A DNA stretch of 64,000 nucleotides from Octopus vulgaris. Taxonomy: Eukaryota. How positions within the stretch are numbered: the first letter of the stretch is position 1; the number at the start of each line of letters is the position of its first letter. The stretch is from the NCBI GenBank assembly GCA_951406725.2, contig OX597822.1:83390001-83454000 (forward strand), in the 5' to 3' direction. Under the pieces are notes generated by a model. That model worked only from the letters and a program-made list of their open reading frames with translations, was not told where the DNA came from and ran no database searches. Positions 42,428 to 56,229 of the stretch are shown here, one piece after another. Made by a program: the position numbers and the translations under genes.

Positions 42428-43905
42428 GCACAACACAGACACAGACACAACACACACACACACACACACACACACATGTTCGATATATTCTATTGAGGCA
42501 GTTTCAGATTAAAATAACCATCTCTATGCAATATTTAATGTAGATACACCGTTGCTAGACAATCTGCTGCAGTATTCGTCCTGAGGTAACACCCTTTATG
42601 GATATGCTTTCTTGTAAATCATATTGTCGATGAAGACCGTATGTTGTATGTAAACTAGTGTATGTTCTTCAATACATATCAAATGAAAGAGTGCGTGAGA
42701 GATAAAGTTCCAAAATTGTTAGAATTATGGACAAGTAGATGCCTTAACTTCTCTAGTGCGATGAAAGTTTCTGCCAAAAGATTACTGGTTTAAAAGATAA
42801 GGAGGAAATGGTGTTCATATGCAGTGAAATAGCCGCATCTCTCATTCTAAGCAGTTAGTTTATGTGTGTGCTCTGCTATCATATTTTTAAAGGCTGATCT
42901 GAAGAGAAAGGAAACAGCGTTGCTTTAACTAGACCGTTCATGATGAAAGACATTTGAATGTAACTTTCCAGAAGATCTGCTATAACGATAACAAATACGT
43001 TTAGAAGATAGAATTTGATAAAAAAGAAAATGGTAGTCTACAATATTTATTTCTGTAGATTCTCATTTTATTTATCTCATTGAATTGTTAGAAGTGAGAA
43101 TAACAAGGTTTCACTTTTTTTAACTAAAATATACTTTCGCATGTTTTCTCAGGTTGAGGGATTCATCTATTTAAACATAGAAGAAGGAAAAGAACGGGAG
43201 AGAGGCTGTCTATTCCGAGCAAATGCACACGTGCAATACCTCTTTGCCACACACATAGACACATACACATCTACACGCACACATACACATACACAACTCG
43301 TACAAGTATGTACAAATATTTAAAAAGAAATATTTTATCGGTTTATCTACGAAGTCGCTCAACTTGCTTAGGTGTAACTTTGAAATCATCTTCAAGACGC
43401 CATTAACTAGAAATTCTCCATTGCTTTTATACAGATATACGTTTGACACATCCTTGTGATGTGATAGTCGCTTATTTTGTAATCTACATTTAAATAGAAA
43501 ATTGTAACGAGTCTACATATTTGTTAAAAACGTTTGGTGATTGGTAAACAAATAAGGAAGACACCTTTTGAAAGGTCGAAATACAGATAAATGTCGTTCC
43601 GATAATGATTGCTTTTTAAACTTTATTTTATGTTAGTATTTGCACTCGACTATACTTCTTATGCCAACATTGTATAGTGTCACATAATCTATCAGTTATC
43701 TTTAAAATCGGGATTACGTTGTTATGTCAAAGTGTTATGATTACATGACGGAAAAATAAATGATGATCTCTGCTATGAAGCAACAAAAAAAACAGGGACC
43801 AATAAAGGAGTCTTTATGAGTGCATTAGCCGTGCTAGAAATAACAGTCAAATTTCTATCAAATATATCCTTGAAAAAATGCATTATATTATATAATTCAT
43901 GGCCC

Positions 43906-43972
<67 letters not shown>

Positions 43973-44486
43973 GCACACACACACATACAAACAGAGAATG
44001 AGAGAGAGAGAGAGAGAGAAAGAGAAAGAAAGAGAAAAGAAATAAACTGTCGCAGTTCGAATACCTTTGATCATAGGTGTGCTACATCAGGACTGACCTG
44101 GGGCTAAACAACAACAACACCCACTTCATATGGGTTGTTTATTTCTCACTCGTTCTCGTCAGGTAAGGAGGAGCAGCGTTCATAATATCTTTTTGCCGGA
44201 AGAAGCAAGGAAGACTTGTTCCGGTTATTTAACCTTAGTAAAGCCACGCAAGGATCGAGTCTACTTATTACAGCGAGCAATGTATTAAATCTATCGCCTA
44301 AAGTCTTAAAGGAGACATACAACCACCGTCACCACCACCACCACCACCACCATATTCGCAACATAAATCCTCGTCAACAACATCACGTGACCAACATCTA
44401 TAATAGCAAAAAATAAACATCAACTACATTAAGATCGCAGCATAGAATTCAAAAGAATATATACTGAAAAAAAAAATTAACATTAC

Positions 44487-44594
44487 GATTAGGGTCAAGT
44501 CCTCTTAAACGTGGGCATTTTTGTCGAACGACTTCTCCTGCTTTTGTAGCTGGCCAACATAAGATCGAATCGAATGTTCCGTTGCAGTAAAGAC
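44487..44594 (-). CDS. Internal coding exon of a class B1 GPCR (PDF receptor-like), proximal hormone-binding extracellular domain
   Basis: Acceptor TTTTTCTTCTTTTTACAG and donor GTAATG. 108 nt, phase 1-1, encoding LYCNGTFDSILCWPATKAGEVVRQKCPRLRGLDPN (C-x3-FD-x3-CWP-x-T...CP). Joins in frame (C+GT=Arg) to exon 19241-19078. Confidence 0.95.
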
Positions 44595-44679
44595 CTGTAA
44601 AAAGAAGAAAAACGAAATATAAAATATGTATATACACACATTAATTTGACTTCAAATAGTTTTCGTCGCTCCAGCCTTT

Positions 44680-44882
44680 CTACAATAGGTACAAAGTTTG
44701 CAATTTTGGGGATGAGTCGATTACAGCGGCCCCAGTATTTCCCTGGTACTTAATTTATTGATCCCGGAGGAATGAAAGGCAGAGTCAACCTCGGCGGAAT
44801 TTGAAATCAGAACGTAGCGACGGACGAAATACCACATAGCATTTCGCCCGGCGTGCTAACGATTCTGCTAGTTCGCCGCCTT
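44680..44882 (-). mobile_element. SINE family B monomer
   Basis: Head GGCGGCGAACTAGCAGAATCGTTAGC with Deu/Nin-like core. Confidence 0.88.
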
Positions 44883-44988
44883 AATAGCAAAAATAATAAT
44901 AATGATGAAGATGATGATGATGGTGATAATAATGATGATGATGATAATGATGATGATGATAATCATAATAATAATAATAATAATAATA

Positions 44989-45086
44989 CCCTGATGCAGT
45001 ACTAGGCAGCAGCTTTCATGGCTCCTTTGCCCTGATGCAGTACCAGTCAGTGGCTCTCATGGCTCCTATGCTCTGACGCAGTACGG
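44989..45086 (+). repeat. 2.4 tandem copies of the 41-bp head of the AAT-flanked element
   Basis: CCCTGATGCAGTAC-like starts at 44989, 45030 and 45071. Confidence 0.8.
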
Positions 45087-45107
45087 AACTATTATTATTA
45101 TTATTAT

Positions 45108-45519
45108 TCAGTAGTTTTATTTTTATAGCGTGCTTTCACTTCACTACCGAGCGCATTTCTGTGTGCCTTGGGTATGTACTGTGATTTGTTGTGATGCTCT
45201 GATGGTTATTGTATGGAAAGTGTTCTGCGTAGGATGTGTGCAGTGCCTAGTAGTGCAATTTTCTGTATGTTATATGTGTTTGTAAGTCCTGGTGTTTTTG
45301 TTATGTATTTGTCTGAATATTTTTTTATCATGCCTAATGCACCTACTATGATAGGAATTGTTTCTGTTTTCAGATTCCACATTCTAGTTACCTCTATTTC
45401 CAGGTCTTTGTATTTTGAGAGTTTCTCCATTTCTTTTAGAGACACGTTGTCATCTGCCGGTATTGATACATCAATTAGAAAGCATTTTTTTTCTTCATGA
45501 TCTCTGACAACTATATCTG

Positions 45520-45520
<1 letters not shown>
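45108..45520 (-). mobile_element. R4/Dong-clade LINE 3' end (restriction-like endonuclease) flanked by (AAT)n
   Basis: PDIVVRDHEEKKCFLIDVSIP...EKLSKYKDL...IPIIVGALG...LLGTAHILRRTLSIQ*. Confidence 0.92.
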
Positions 45521-45576
<56 letters not shown>

Positions 45577-45759
45577 GAAAGTTTGTCTCTTAGGAACATC
45601 AACGATTATCAGATGTTCTAAGCACTTGAAAGATTGCTGAAAACTTGAGGATACCTAAGGGTAAAGTTAGTAAGTAACCAGCTACCCACATAATCGCTAC
45701 CAGGAATAACACCGAACCTGAGACAAATTAATGATAATTTTTTTTTCCTAATTTTAGCT

Positions 45760-45940
45760 GAAGGCCACAAATTTTGAGGGGAAGGACAAGTCTGTTACAT
45801 CGACCCCTGTTCTTGATCGGTATTCTGTTTTATGGATCCGAAGGGATGAAAGACTATGTCGGCTTCGGTGAGGTTTGAGCTTAGAAATTAAAAAACCGGA
45901 GAAATGTTGCTAAGCATTTTGTCCGACTCGCTACCGAATC
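45760..45940 (-). mobile_element. Old SINE family B copy
   Basis: TACATCGACCCC...GGATGAAAG...AAGCATTTTGTCCG. Confidence 0.7.
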
Positions 45941-46629
45941 AAAAATTGAATGGCTATGTGTAAATGAGTTAGCGTAATCTTTAGAATATATGTGAAACCA
46001 AACGCTGAATGGCCGTTTGCCGTAATAAATATAAAATAAGTGTCTCTATTTCTGCTGTAGGTGATCGATAGATTTAGGTGGTAAATACCAGGTTTGAGGA
46101 CTTATGGCACTTAGTTTCGTCTATTTTCTGTTACCTGTATTAAAACTGTTCAAAATGTATTGAATTATGTCAGCACCATTATAAAACACCATCATTATCA
46201 AAGCCACTTCAAGTCAATTAGCGATTTCCTTGAAGCAATAACCAGCTTATTGAGAATTATCTCCTGAACATTCTTTATCAATTAAGCTATTCATTTATCG
46301 CTTAATGTCCAATTACAGTCTATTAAGAGATGTCCATTGAGTCAATTAAATGTGGAAAGATGTTTGGTCAGTAAGATTAGTGAAGATGACACCGCTATAT
46401 GCCTGTTAGGGATTAGGCATCACTACACCCCTCCACCAAATGCTAGTCTCAAGAGGATCACGCCTGCCATGGAAATTAAATGAACCAACAACATATTACA
46501 ATCTCCTAAAAAAGATAGAATCGACAAGACTAGAAATGTTTTAAGGACAGGTTTTATAGAGATGATCAGAGATTAAGCTACAGTAACCACAACAAGAATA
46601 AAGTATGTTTGTAAGTAATAAATCAAGAC

Positions 46630-46830
46630 GATGAGCAGGCAGAATCGTGAGTATTTCGGAAAAAATGCTAAGCGGCCGTTTCTTGCGTCTCTTTATGTTC
46701 TGAGTTGAAATCCCATCAAATTCAACTTTACGTTTCATCGCTTCGGGGTCGATAAAATAAAGCTACAATTCAAGTGCTGAGGTCGATATAATCGATTTGG
46801 CGTTTCTCCTCGAAACTGCTAGCTTTAAAC
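46630..46830 (+). mobile_element. SINE family B copy
   Basis: GGCAGAATCGT...TTCTGAGTTGAAAT...TTCGGGGTCGATAAAATAA. Confidence 0.75.
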
Positions 46831-47960
46831 CCTGTAAGAGACAGACTTCCCGTGCAGGGGGGAGGAAATGTTAGACAAACCTCATGGAAAGCGGGTAACC
46901 GGCCTTATGAGTCCGATGGCTCAAGAACAAAAAATAATGTATCCCTGATAACTAGTAACCTTTAAAAGTGTGGCTGAGATACGTGTTAATACATATATAT
47001 AATGAAATTAAGAAAGACCAGGAGAACGGACATTTGCACATCCAAGATTTATTAGACAGTCAATCACATCGTTCTTCATCAAGACCTATATATATATATC
47101 ATAAATAGCTAGACGAGCAGTAGTTATCATAATATGTTTTGGGCCTTTATTTTCAGGTTTTAGACACACCCATTCTTTTCCTTTAATACCTACAAGATAG
47201 TGTTTAGCATCATATCAACGCTGATCAGATAGACCTATAATCAAAAGGAATGTAGACCATGGTTATACCTATCCCCCACCGCACCCACTACAGTATATTT
47301 TGGACATAATTCAGTATGTCTTTCACTTTTGGAAATAAAGTGGTTAGAGAGATTTGGTTGCTACTTCTCGCAGCTAGAATGACTGCGCACAAGCTCAATC
47401 ACCTGTTCGTTTTACATTGCTAAAAAAAAAACCATAATGGATTACAATATATCTTGCCTATTTTGACAATGTAAAATAAGGCACATAGTCGAAAATTACA
47501 ATTTTCTCCTAAATTTTTAATAATTTAATGAGGAAAATGAAGTGAATTTTAATTTTGTTGAATTAGCACAAATATCTTTTGCCGATAGCAAAATTTACTT
47601 TCCAAATGCATAAGATGTATAACTTTATTGTATATAAGCAGGGCGTTAGGAACTGAAAGCTATGCGCTCCTCTACGGATTCCTTCGAATTAAGCACTTCC
47701 CCATTCATACGGCTTCAACACATCTAGAAAATTGCAATTGAAAACAAACAAAAACGAAAAAACATTCTCCATCGCCGTACTTTTGCTATATTCTTTAGGA
47801 AGCTCTTGTTACCTTGAGGTGTAAGTCTTTCTCATACTTATTCATTTGATGGATATATATATATGCAGAGGGTACCCCACAAAAAAGGTACACACAGTTT
47901 AACAACTTATAACTCACACCAAGATTTAAAAAAAAACATGAACCTCATCGCGTGAATATT

Positions 47961-48174
47961 CTTTTCTACTCTAGGCGCAAGACCCGAAATTTGGGGGGAG
48001 GGGGCCAGTCGATTAGATCGACCCCAGTACGCAACTGGTACTTAATTTATCGACCCCGAAAGGATGAAAGGCAAAGGCGACCTCGGTGGATTTGAACTCA
48101 GAACGTAAAGACAGACGAAATACTGCTAAGCATTTCGCCCCGTGTTCTAGCGTTTCTGCCGTCTCGTCACCTTC
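47961..48174 (-). mobile_element. SINE family B monomer with 15-bp TSD
   Basis: TSD CATCGCGTGAATATT at 47946-47960 and 48175-48189. Confidence 0.92.
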
Positions 48175-48650
48175 CATCGCGTGAATATTAAACTTATTCA
48201 ACGCATAAGAAAATTACTTTGGAATCTAATATCAAATAAACCCAGTAAAGATATATAAACTATTTTAAATTGGAAGATGGAAGGAAAATACGGCTGACGC
48301 CTCTTCAAATAATCTAATAGTTCATGGCTTTGATATTCCTTAACATTGTGTTAAAGTCGCTTTGAACAAAGTTTATATCTCTGATGTGAATTTCTATACT
48401 GGATCGTTTTCCTTCAGTGATTCTTTTTTTTTTTTGTCGGCTTTTTCTTGTTTTCATTCATTGCATCGCGTCCTAAACGGTCACCGCCTTCAAGGATTTA
48501 GTCAAACAAATCGCTACCATACTCACTGTTCTAAAGTATCGTACTTACGCTATCCACCCTGTAGCCGAAACGCCAAACATACCAACACGAGTTGTCAAGT
48601 GGCGGCATGTGACAAACTCAAACAGAAAGGCATACACACTTAAATACATG

Positions 48651-48761
<111 letters not shown>

Positions 48762-48814
48762 GTACAGACATACATAAATACACACACATGCGCAAAGACA
48801 CACATACATATATA

Positions 48815-49707
48815 TACATGGTGCGGTGAATAAATTGTCGTCGAAATTACGCAAAAATGAAAGTAACACTGACATCTCATTTTAATAGAGATATTTATCA
48901 AAATTACATACACATATCTTGAAATACTAAAGAGTAAATTTATTCAATAAAATCGCCATCAGACTCAACCACGGCCTCCGGGCGACTTCGGGATCTCCTG
49001 CAATTCTTTAACAAGGTATCCTTGTTTAAGTTGGTAAATGCTGCCATGACCCTTGCCCTCAGTTCATTTTTGGTGTTACAGGGAATTTTGTTGGTATCTC
49101 ACTCATCTGCGCCCCACACATAATAATGAAACGGTGTTGCAGTCTGAGGAGTTAGGTGCCCAGATGTTAGGGGTGATGTGGTCGTAGAAATTGCCTGACA
49201 GGCATGACTGTGGCATGGTATAGTGTCCTGTTGCCAGACATAGGGTCTTACAGCGGCCACCCTCTTGACCCAAGGCAGAACTACCTCCTCCAAGCACTTG
49301 ATGTACAGCTCCGTGTTGAGTCTGAGACCGTAAGGGAAGATGATTGGAAGCATAACTTCGCCATCACTCGTGATCACTCCAAACACCATGATGTTGACTG
49401 GTTGTCATGGTGTATGGAGTGATCATGGTTGTATCACTCTTGGTTCACGTCCTCAGATTGTAGTCGTCAGATTGACACCCAAACACACTGAATTGTTCGT
49501 ATTGGAGCATCCAGCGTGAAAGCCAAGCAGTGCAGCATGTCGTTTCCAAATTTTTGGCAGAGTGAATTCCGCTTTGGTGCTGCTTTTCGCACAGAGAGAG
49601 TGCCCAACTTAGCCTACTATACCGTGTAGTCGACAAACTCAAAATCAAACAATGTGGATATGCAAAATTAAGTATAAAAAATGGCGACAATTTACCCATC
49701 CCATGTA
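48815..49707 (-). mobile_element. Internally deleted Tc1/mariner-superfamily transposon
   Basis: MVFGVITSDG...YVWQQD...IWAPNSSDCN...YYVWG. Imperfect TIRs TACATGG...TAAATTGTCG at both ends, with TA. Confidence 0.85.
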
Positions 49708-49829
49708 TATATTTACGAAGAGCTGCCATACAGGTTTCGTCTTCCAGACTCACTCACCAAACGTTTCTGATGATTGCTGGCGTGATCTCAAATCCCGGTA
49801 TCACCACACACACACACGACCAACACACA

Positions 49830-49879
<50 letters not shown>

Positions 49880-50779
49880 ACACAGGCAATGTACGCCTAC
49901 ACAGTGTACACGCGCAAATATATACGCATGTTTATGAAAGCAGGGAAGACGAAGATTGGAATGAGCTCAACAGATATATTCACAGTAAATGATTATTAAA
50001 TGAGAGAATTAATGCACATGAGAAAAATATTCTCCAAATACCGAAAAATATAAAATATAATAAACGGAAATGTAAACGTTTTAGCCAGGCTGTTGAGTAT
50101 AGGATATCGTTTAAAACGCTTGAGTCAATACAAACTATTTCTAACGATAGAGATTGGTAATGTTAATTTTATTTTGGTCTCGAAATGTAGCTTATCAATC
50201 AAATGAAAATGTGTACTGTCTATCGTTAGCAAATATATATTTTCTTCTGTAAACATTAAAATATGAAGAGTAGCAAATACTATGCCGTCTAATTAAACAA
50301 GAGGTCTATCGAAAAGCAAATTCCAACTGTAAATTTACCATCTTAGTCATGGGAAATTCTACCCATCTGTTTTTAGGTATGTTTTCCTGTTAAATCCCTA
50401 ATTACCCAGAATGTTTATCTTCAAAACTTCGTGATATTTGTATGATATTGATAATGACACATTCGTTATTATTTCATGACGATTACTTCTTGGTTAAGAA
50501 ACAGGTGAACGACCAATTTTGTGTATCTACATATGACATTGACGCTGAAATATCAGAGCTTGTGACCTTATAAACTCGTACAGTGCATATACAGAGGAAC
50601 AGAACACCTCTCCACCAAAATCAGGCTCGAGGGAAACGGCTGTTTCACACAATACCTTAACACAAATGGACATTAAAAGGCAAAGTTAGCAAAAACATTT
50701 TAAAATATCTAAACATTAATTTAAGTAATGTGATTTAATTATGGTCAGACAGTTAAACCCTGCTTACCATGTCCTCTTC

Positions 50780-50985
50780 TCTAAGGATCCGATTGATTGA
50801 CGGCTCCTGTTGGACGACCACACGTCACATCGTCACGGCAAATGACTAGGGATTTCGCAGAGATGGGTACTGACTGGGACTATACTCGACATGTTGCCCA
50901 GCAGGACTCAGGACTATACCGAAAAATGGTGAATGCAACAACGCACTGCAGCTGCACGCATGTCTCAACACCTGACTTGATGTAA
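50780..50985 (+). mobile_element. RTE-type LINE 3' relic
   Basis: APVGRPHVT..RQMTRDFAEMG..W......AQQD...YRKMVNA resembles RTE C-termini. Confidence 0.5.
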
Positions 50986-51339
50986 TTATTAATTACCAAA
51001 TTAAACTAGCAATCTTTTTCACAAATTATACTGACAAATATTCTCTGAATCAAACACATGAAACCGTTTACAATAAAACCGCAATACACGAGTCAATAAC
51101 ATGTCTTACTACACATGGATACAAATGAGTTTTAGAGATTCTATTCAAGAGTCGCGTTCCGTTCTCGCTCTCAAAGACTTTCATAGTTAAATGGTTAATT
51201 ATTAAATCTTCATAACTCTGGGAACATAGTGTATGACTTTTAAAAGGATTATATACAAACGTTGCCAAGATTGACTCCACTCAAATTAATGCCAGTAATC
51301 TTACTACCTCAAGTAATGAGGAGATTACTTGGGTTGACG

Positions 51340-51770
51340 AGGGGGATGAACGGGCGTAATCGATGCTATAACGGACAAAATGATGAACGGCTTTCCTTCT
51401 GACTCATTACCCATTGAGTTTGAATTCTGCTGAGGTGGATTTAGCATTTCATCTTTTCGTACTGGAGTCGAAGGGATTCACTTACATCTAAAATTGTTGT
51501 CCTTGTGCCAGAATTAGAAAGATTTATACGATTTATCGGTATTAAGATTATTGGCCTCAAATTTTGGCACAAGGTTAGTAATTTGGGGGTGAAGAAGTAT
51601 TAAGTCGATTACATCGATCCCAGTGTTTAATTAGAATTTATTTCATGGACCCCAAAAGGATAAAAACCAAAGTCGACCTCCACGGAATTTGAACTCAGAA
51701 CGAAAAGACCGACGACATACCGCTAAGCAATTTGTCCGTCGTGCTTACGATTTTGCCAACTTGTCGCATT
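51340..51770. mobile_element. Two oppositely oriented SINE family B copies (about 51340-51510 +, 51555-51770 -)
   Basis: GAGTTTGAATTCTGCTGAGGTGGATTTAGCATTTCATC on +. GTCGATTACATCGATCCCAG...AAAGTCGACCTC...GAATTTGAACTCAGAAC for the minus copy. Confidence 0.7.
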
Positions 51771-52424
51771 ATCGAAAGTCAAATATTTGCGGCAGTTGCA
51801 CACTGATGACATTATCGAATAACCATCACGTGGCTTTATGCCTGTTATTGAGAAATTTTACTGCTCTCCTCAGAAATACTTCTTTTTTTCTAATCCGCAT
51901 TGATTCCAGTTTTTTGCGGTTATGGCATTTTATAAAATGGCGAGCTGACAAAATTCCGATTTTCAACATCTAACCAAACAACTTTAATCATTTTTATTCA
52001 GTTTTTTAAAACTACTTTTCATCTAACCAACTCCACTATAGATTAGGTTGATATTTAAATTACCCTTGTTTATTGATCATTTTTCCTAACCTTAATTTAA
52101 ATTTAATTTCAATTACCTTTATTTTGTGGTGTGATATTTAAGTTTACTAGCGTTTAAATCAGACACATTTGCTAAGTATAATTTCCAATCTGATTACTTC
52201 GCTTGAATTATTTGATAATCAGTTATTTGTTTATTTAGTGTTTATGCTGACCAGCATCTCGATTTTTGCGCAAGTTACACATGACCCGATGCACTCAACC
52301 TAATGCCGTCACGATTTCTTTTTAAATGTTGTTTTGTTTATATCTTGTCGGCTGATGAAACCTGCAGGATGTGAAAGATTTAATTAATGATGCAAATAAT
52401 ATTATTTAAGAACAATTATAATTT

Positions 52425-52581
52425 GCAAGGAGTGGTTGTGTGGTAAGTAGCTTGCTTACCAACCACATGGTTCCGGGTTCAGTCCCATTGCATGGCACCT
52501 TGGGCAAATGTCTTCTACTATAGCCTCGGGCCGACCAAAACCTTGTGAGTAGATTTGGCAAACGGAAACTGAAAGAAGCCT

Positions 52582-52644
<63 letters not shown>

Positions 52645-52880
52645 CATATATATATATGTATGCGTATATATGTTTGTGTATGCGTGTTTGTCCCCCAACA
52701 TCGCTTGACAACCGAACTGGTGTGTTTACGTCCCTGTAATTTAGTGGTTCGTCAGAAGAGGCCAACAGAATAAGTATTAGGCTTACAAAGAATAAATCCT
52801 GGGGTCGATTCGCTCTACTAAAGGTGGTGTTCAAGCATGGCCACAGTCAAATGACTGAAACATGTAAAAGAATAAAAGAA
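52425..52880 (+). mobile_element. Full-length SINE family A with internal (TA)n
   Basis: Same head, box and tail as 29386-29878. Confidence 0.92.
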
Positions 52881-52954
52881 TGAAAGCATTTGCAACATGT
52901 ACTTAGCATTCTTTGTCCTTTTCATATCCGTGTATTGTGTGTGTGTTTGTGTGT

Positions 52955-53000
<46 letters not shown>

Positions 53001-54428
53001 ATACTAACACGCCTACACATAGAATTGGCGTTTCTGTTTTCGCCCTGAAAGATGATGGGAACTGGAAAATCAGAAAGATTAAACCGACGTAGAAAATAAG
53101 GTGGACATTTTTTCTATTGTTTCTAGTGACAGAATCTCCAACCACCCTCGACTCTAATTAGAAATCGAATCAGCACTATCAGAAGAATTACCTCAAATCT
53201 GTCGTCAGAGTGTCTTTCAACAAAACAGCTAGTATCTAACGAGTCACTAGCGAAGAATAGTTTTATTAGTAAGTTAGTATATATGGAGGATCACCGCTCG
53301 AACCCCGAACGAGAAGACAGGAAGAGAAAAGTAATGTGAATGATGTTCATTCAATCTCGACATTTCACAACTGGTAATTTTATGATTTGGTTTAAAAAGC
53401 ATTTAGCAAGGAGGCATAAATATTTTAAAATCTTAATTCCTATAAAATCAATGTTTGCTTTTCATGTTTACTCTTCCAGCATTGCAGGCTTCAACGGGTG
53501 CAAACACCCACGCTGTTCCCACCTGACATTCTAACCCATAACTGCCAAACACCTACTAACTGCAAAGTGAGAAGTCGTTGTCTCTCAAAAACAGTAATTT
53601 GTATATGGACACCCACAGTAGGAACAGGACGACCGTCTCGTATAAAAGAAAACACCCGCAACAAATGAACGCGTTTAGGTTGGAGGTCATAGAAAACTCC
53701 AACACTTTGTCCTACTTCATTTCTGACTCCCGAAACAAATTCGTCAGCGTTATATGCAGCATCATTACCATGGTACCCCCTTAAGCATCTGGGGCTCATA
53801 ATCACCGATTCTGCCGCTATGAAAAGCTACTCATTCTCCACTAGCCTGCAGTATCTATCAATAGTAAAATAAACTGATTGTTGCCGTTGAACTTCAAACA
53901 CTTAAATGCTGATAAACCGGATACACAATTCCAGACTTGGCAAATACACACGCGATGAAAGGAGTATAAAAACACTTGTTGGTCTCTCACGCGAACTCAT
54001 TTCTAACCTAATATTATTACCATTGGATACCTTCAGCAATATACAGGCGATAAAAAAGCAAACACTATCAATGATGACTAATTGACTGATTGACACTACC
54101 ATATTGTCTACCCTATCACGTGTGCAGTGGCCAATGCGAAGAATTGGTGTCGCTAAATACACCTTTCTGCAGAATACCGAAATTTGACACCTACAAGTTG
54201 TCTGTACTACGTAGAAAAACACAATGAAATGCCATAACTGATGCTGGTATATGATGTACACACACACACGTGTGTGTGTGTGTGTGTGTGTGTCCGTGTG
54301 TGTCTGTGTGTGTCTGTGTGTGTCTGTGTGTGTGTGTGTGTGTATGTGTGTGTGTGTGTCTGCCTCCGTTTTGAGCCTTAACTGTGAACATCCCTTGGAC
54401 TTCAGTTCCGTTTTGTTATTTGTGTTTG

Positions 54429-54491
<63 letters not shown>

Positions 54492-55336
54492 GTGTGTGTC
54501 TGCATATATATATATATATATGCATACACACACATATATTTATGTACGAAGAGGAAAAACAAGCGGGTGACAGAAGCTCATAGAGGGATGGATACAGAGG
54601 GGAAGAGACACGCCATCAAGTATCCATCTGAGACACTACAAACGGAACCCATATCTCTCTGAATTCATTCTATAGAAAATGTGACTCCGGTTGAATATTG
54701 TGTGGAAACAGGCGTGCTGGTCACGGATAGGTCACCTTTGCACATAATTGATCTCAATAAAGTCTGATTTGAGGCCAAGGAAGAACATCCCCCAAAGGAT
54801 CCATTAGTGTATGTGTCTATATGTGCATCAATAAATGTGTGAGCGGGGGTATGACTTTATGTGTGCGTAATATAACTTATGAAAATTGACTATATGAGAA
54901 CAATAATTTAATGGACGTATAAGTATGAAAACCAAAATATGTACTAATTACCAATCTACACGCGCGTATGCCTGTTAACTAATTAACATCAGAGGAAACT
55001 AATTGAGACCTTCGGCAGATGAAGCGCATTGAAACTTCTGTTAGATTCTGCTTTTAACCTCGATTCTTTGATAGACGAAGTCCTAATCAGTCCGCTCTCG
55101 GAGATTAATTAATTTCAATACACGCATGTGTTCCGGTAATAGATATTTATTTGGTTTTAATTTGATATATAACGACGAGTATATACACGATACATACATA
55201 CATGCACATATATTTTTCTATATACACAGATATACATATACACACAAACATAATACATAATACATACATACACACATATATATATACACACTCACACACA
55301 CAGATATATATATGTATATATATATATGTATATATA

Positions 55337-55642
55337 TTACGATTCCGTACTGTTACTGTTTGCCTCTCGCTCAGAGATTTAATATAGCTTATTTCTCCTT
55401 TTTCGAGATGAATGAGTTTGTCGGTGGGAAAGCATGTAGTATTTTGCGAGTGGAATGAGTTTTCATCACTAGCTGGTGATTATCACACACTGAAGACGGG
55501 TAACTATCCAGAAACCCGGGTCTGTGTGTATCACGTAAGGCTAGAGATGGAAGCGATGACCCCCCCTCGCAAATACTAATCGAACACAGTGTGTCGTTAG
55601 CCAGCTGAAGGAGATGTCTTTCTGGGGCTAAAAACGACAGGA

Positions 55643-55646
<4 letters not shown>
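55337..55646 (+). mobile_element. Second member of the hammerhead-bearing small-element family, within (TA)n
   Basis: Shares GCCAGCTGxAGGAG...CTGGGGCTAAAAACxACAGxAGCAT with 25146-25193. Confidence 0.8.
55484..55528 (+). ncRNA. Minimal type I hammerhead ribozyme
   Basis: cacaca-CTGAAGA-cgggt(aact)atcca-GAAA-C(CCGG)G-TC-tgtgtg. The first stem II pair is a C/A mismatch. Predicted cleavage after C55522. Confidence 0.75.
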
Positions 55647-55729
<83 letters not shown>

Positions 55730-56229
55730 TATTTATACATACATAATGCGTAAATACATACAAGGCATAACTCATTTGCAATAATTACTCAAATTTTGCT
55801 TAATGTATTAGATGATAAAGAATCATTATTACATTCCTTTTAGATATACAAATATGTTTGTATAGAATAGCTATCGTTTCTCGCTCTTGGTTCAAGGATA
55901 ATGAATATTTTGCTTTTACAGTGCTTTTAAAGACAGAAATGTCTTTTTTTTTTTTGCAACGCTTCTCATTGTTCTTCATATCTAGGTATATTATTCACAG
56001 TGGTTATTAGATTAAATGGTTAAACGTGACTTACATTTCTGTGGTTGAATCTGAGCATATATAAAATGGAAATGCTTTAACTGGTTTGTTCTGTTTTTCT
56101 GGTGTAGTTTTCCTAACTTCCAAATCAGGTTATTGAGAAAACTATGAGAAGTGTAAAACTATCCGTTAACTTAAAGATTTGTCCATTCTTAAACTTGAAC
56201 TCTGAACCTTCAGTGAAATAGAGGGATAT

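Noticed and set aside
50740-50800. Strong minus-strand GTAAGC donor as a possible upstream receptor exon
   Set aside because: In-frame stop in the required phase, and it overlaps an RTE relic.
52345-52385. CTGATGA...GAAA
   Set aside because: No consistent stems I or III.
53440-53870. Possible CR1/L2 3' relic (HYHG-like motif)
   Set aside because: Similarity too weak to support.
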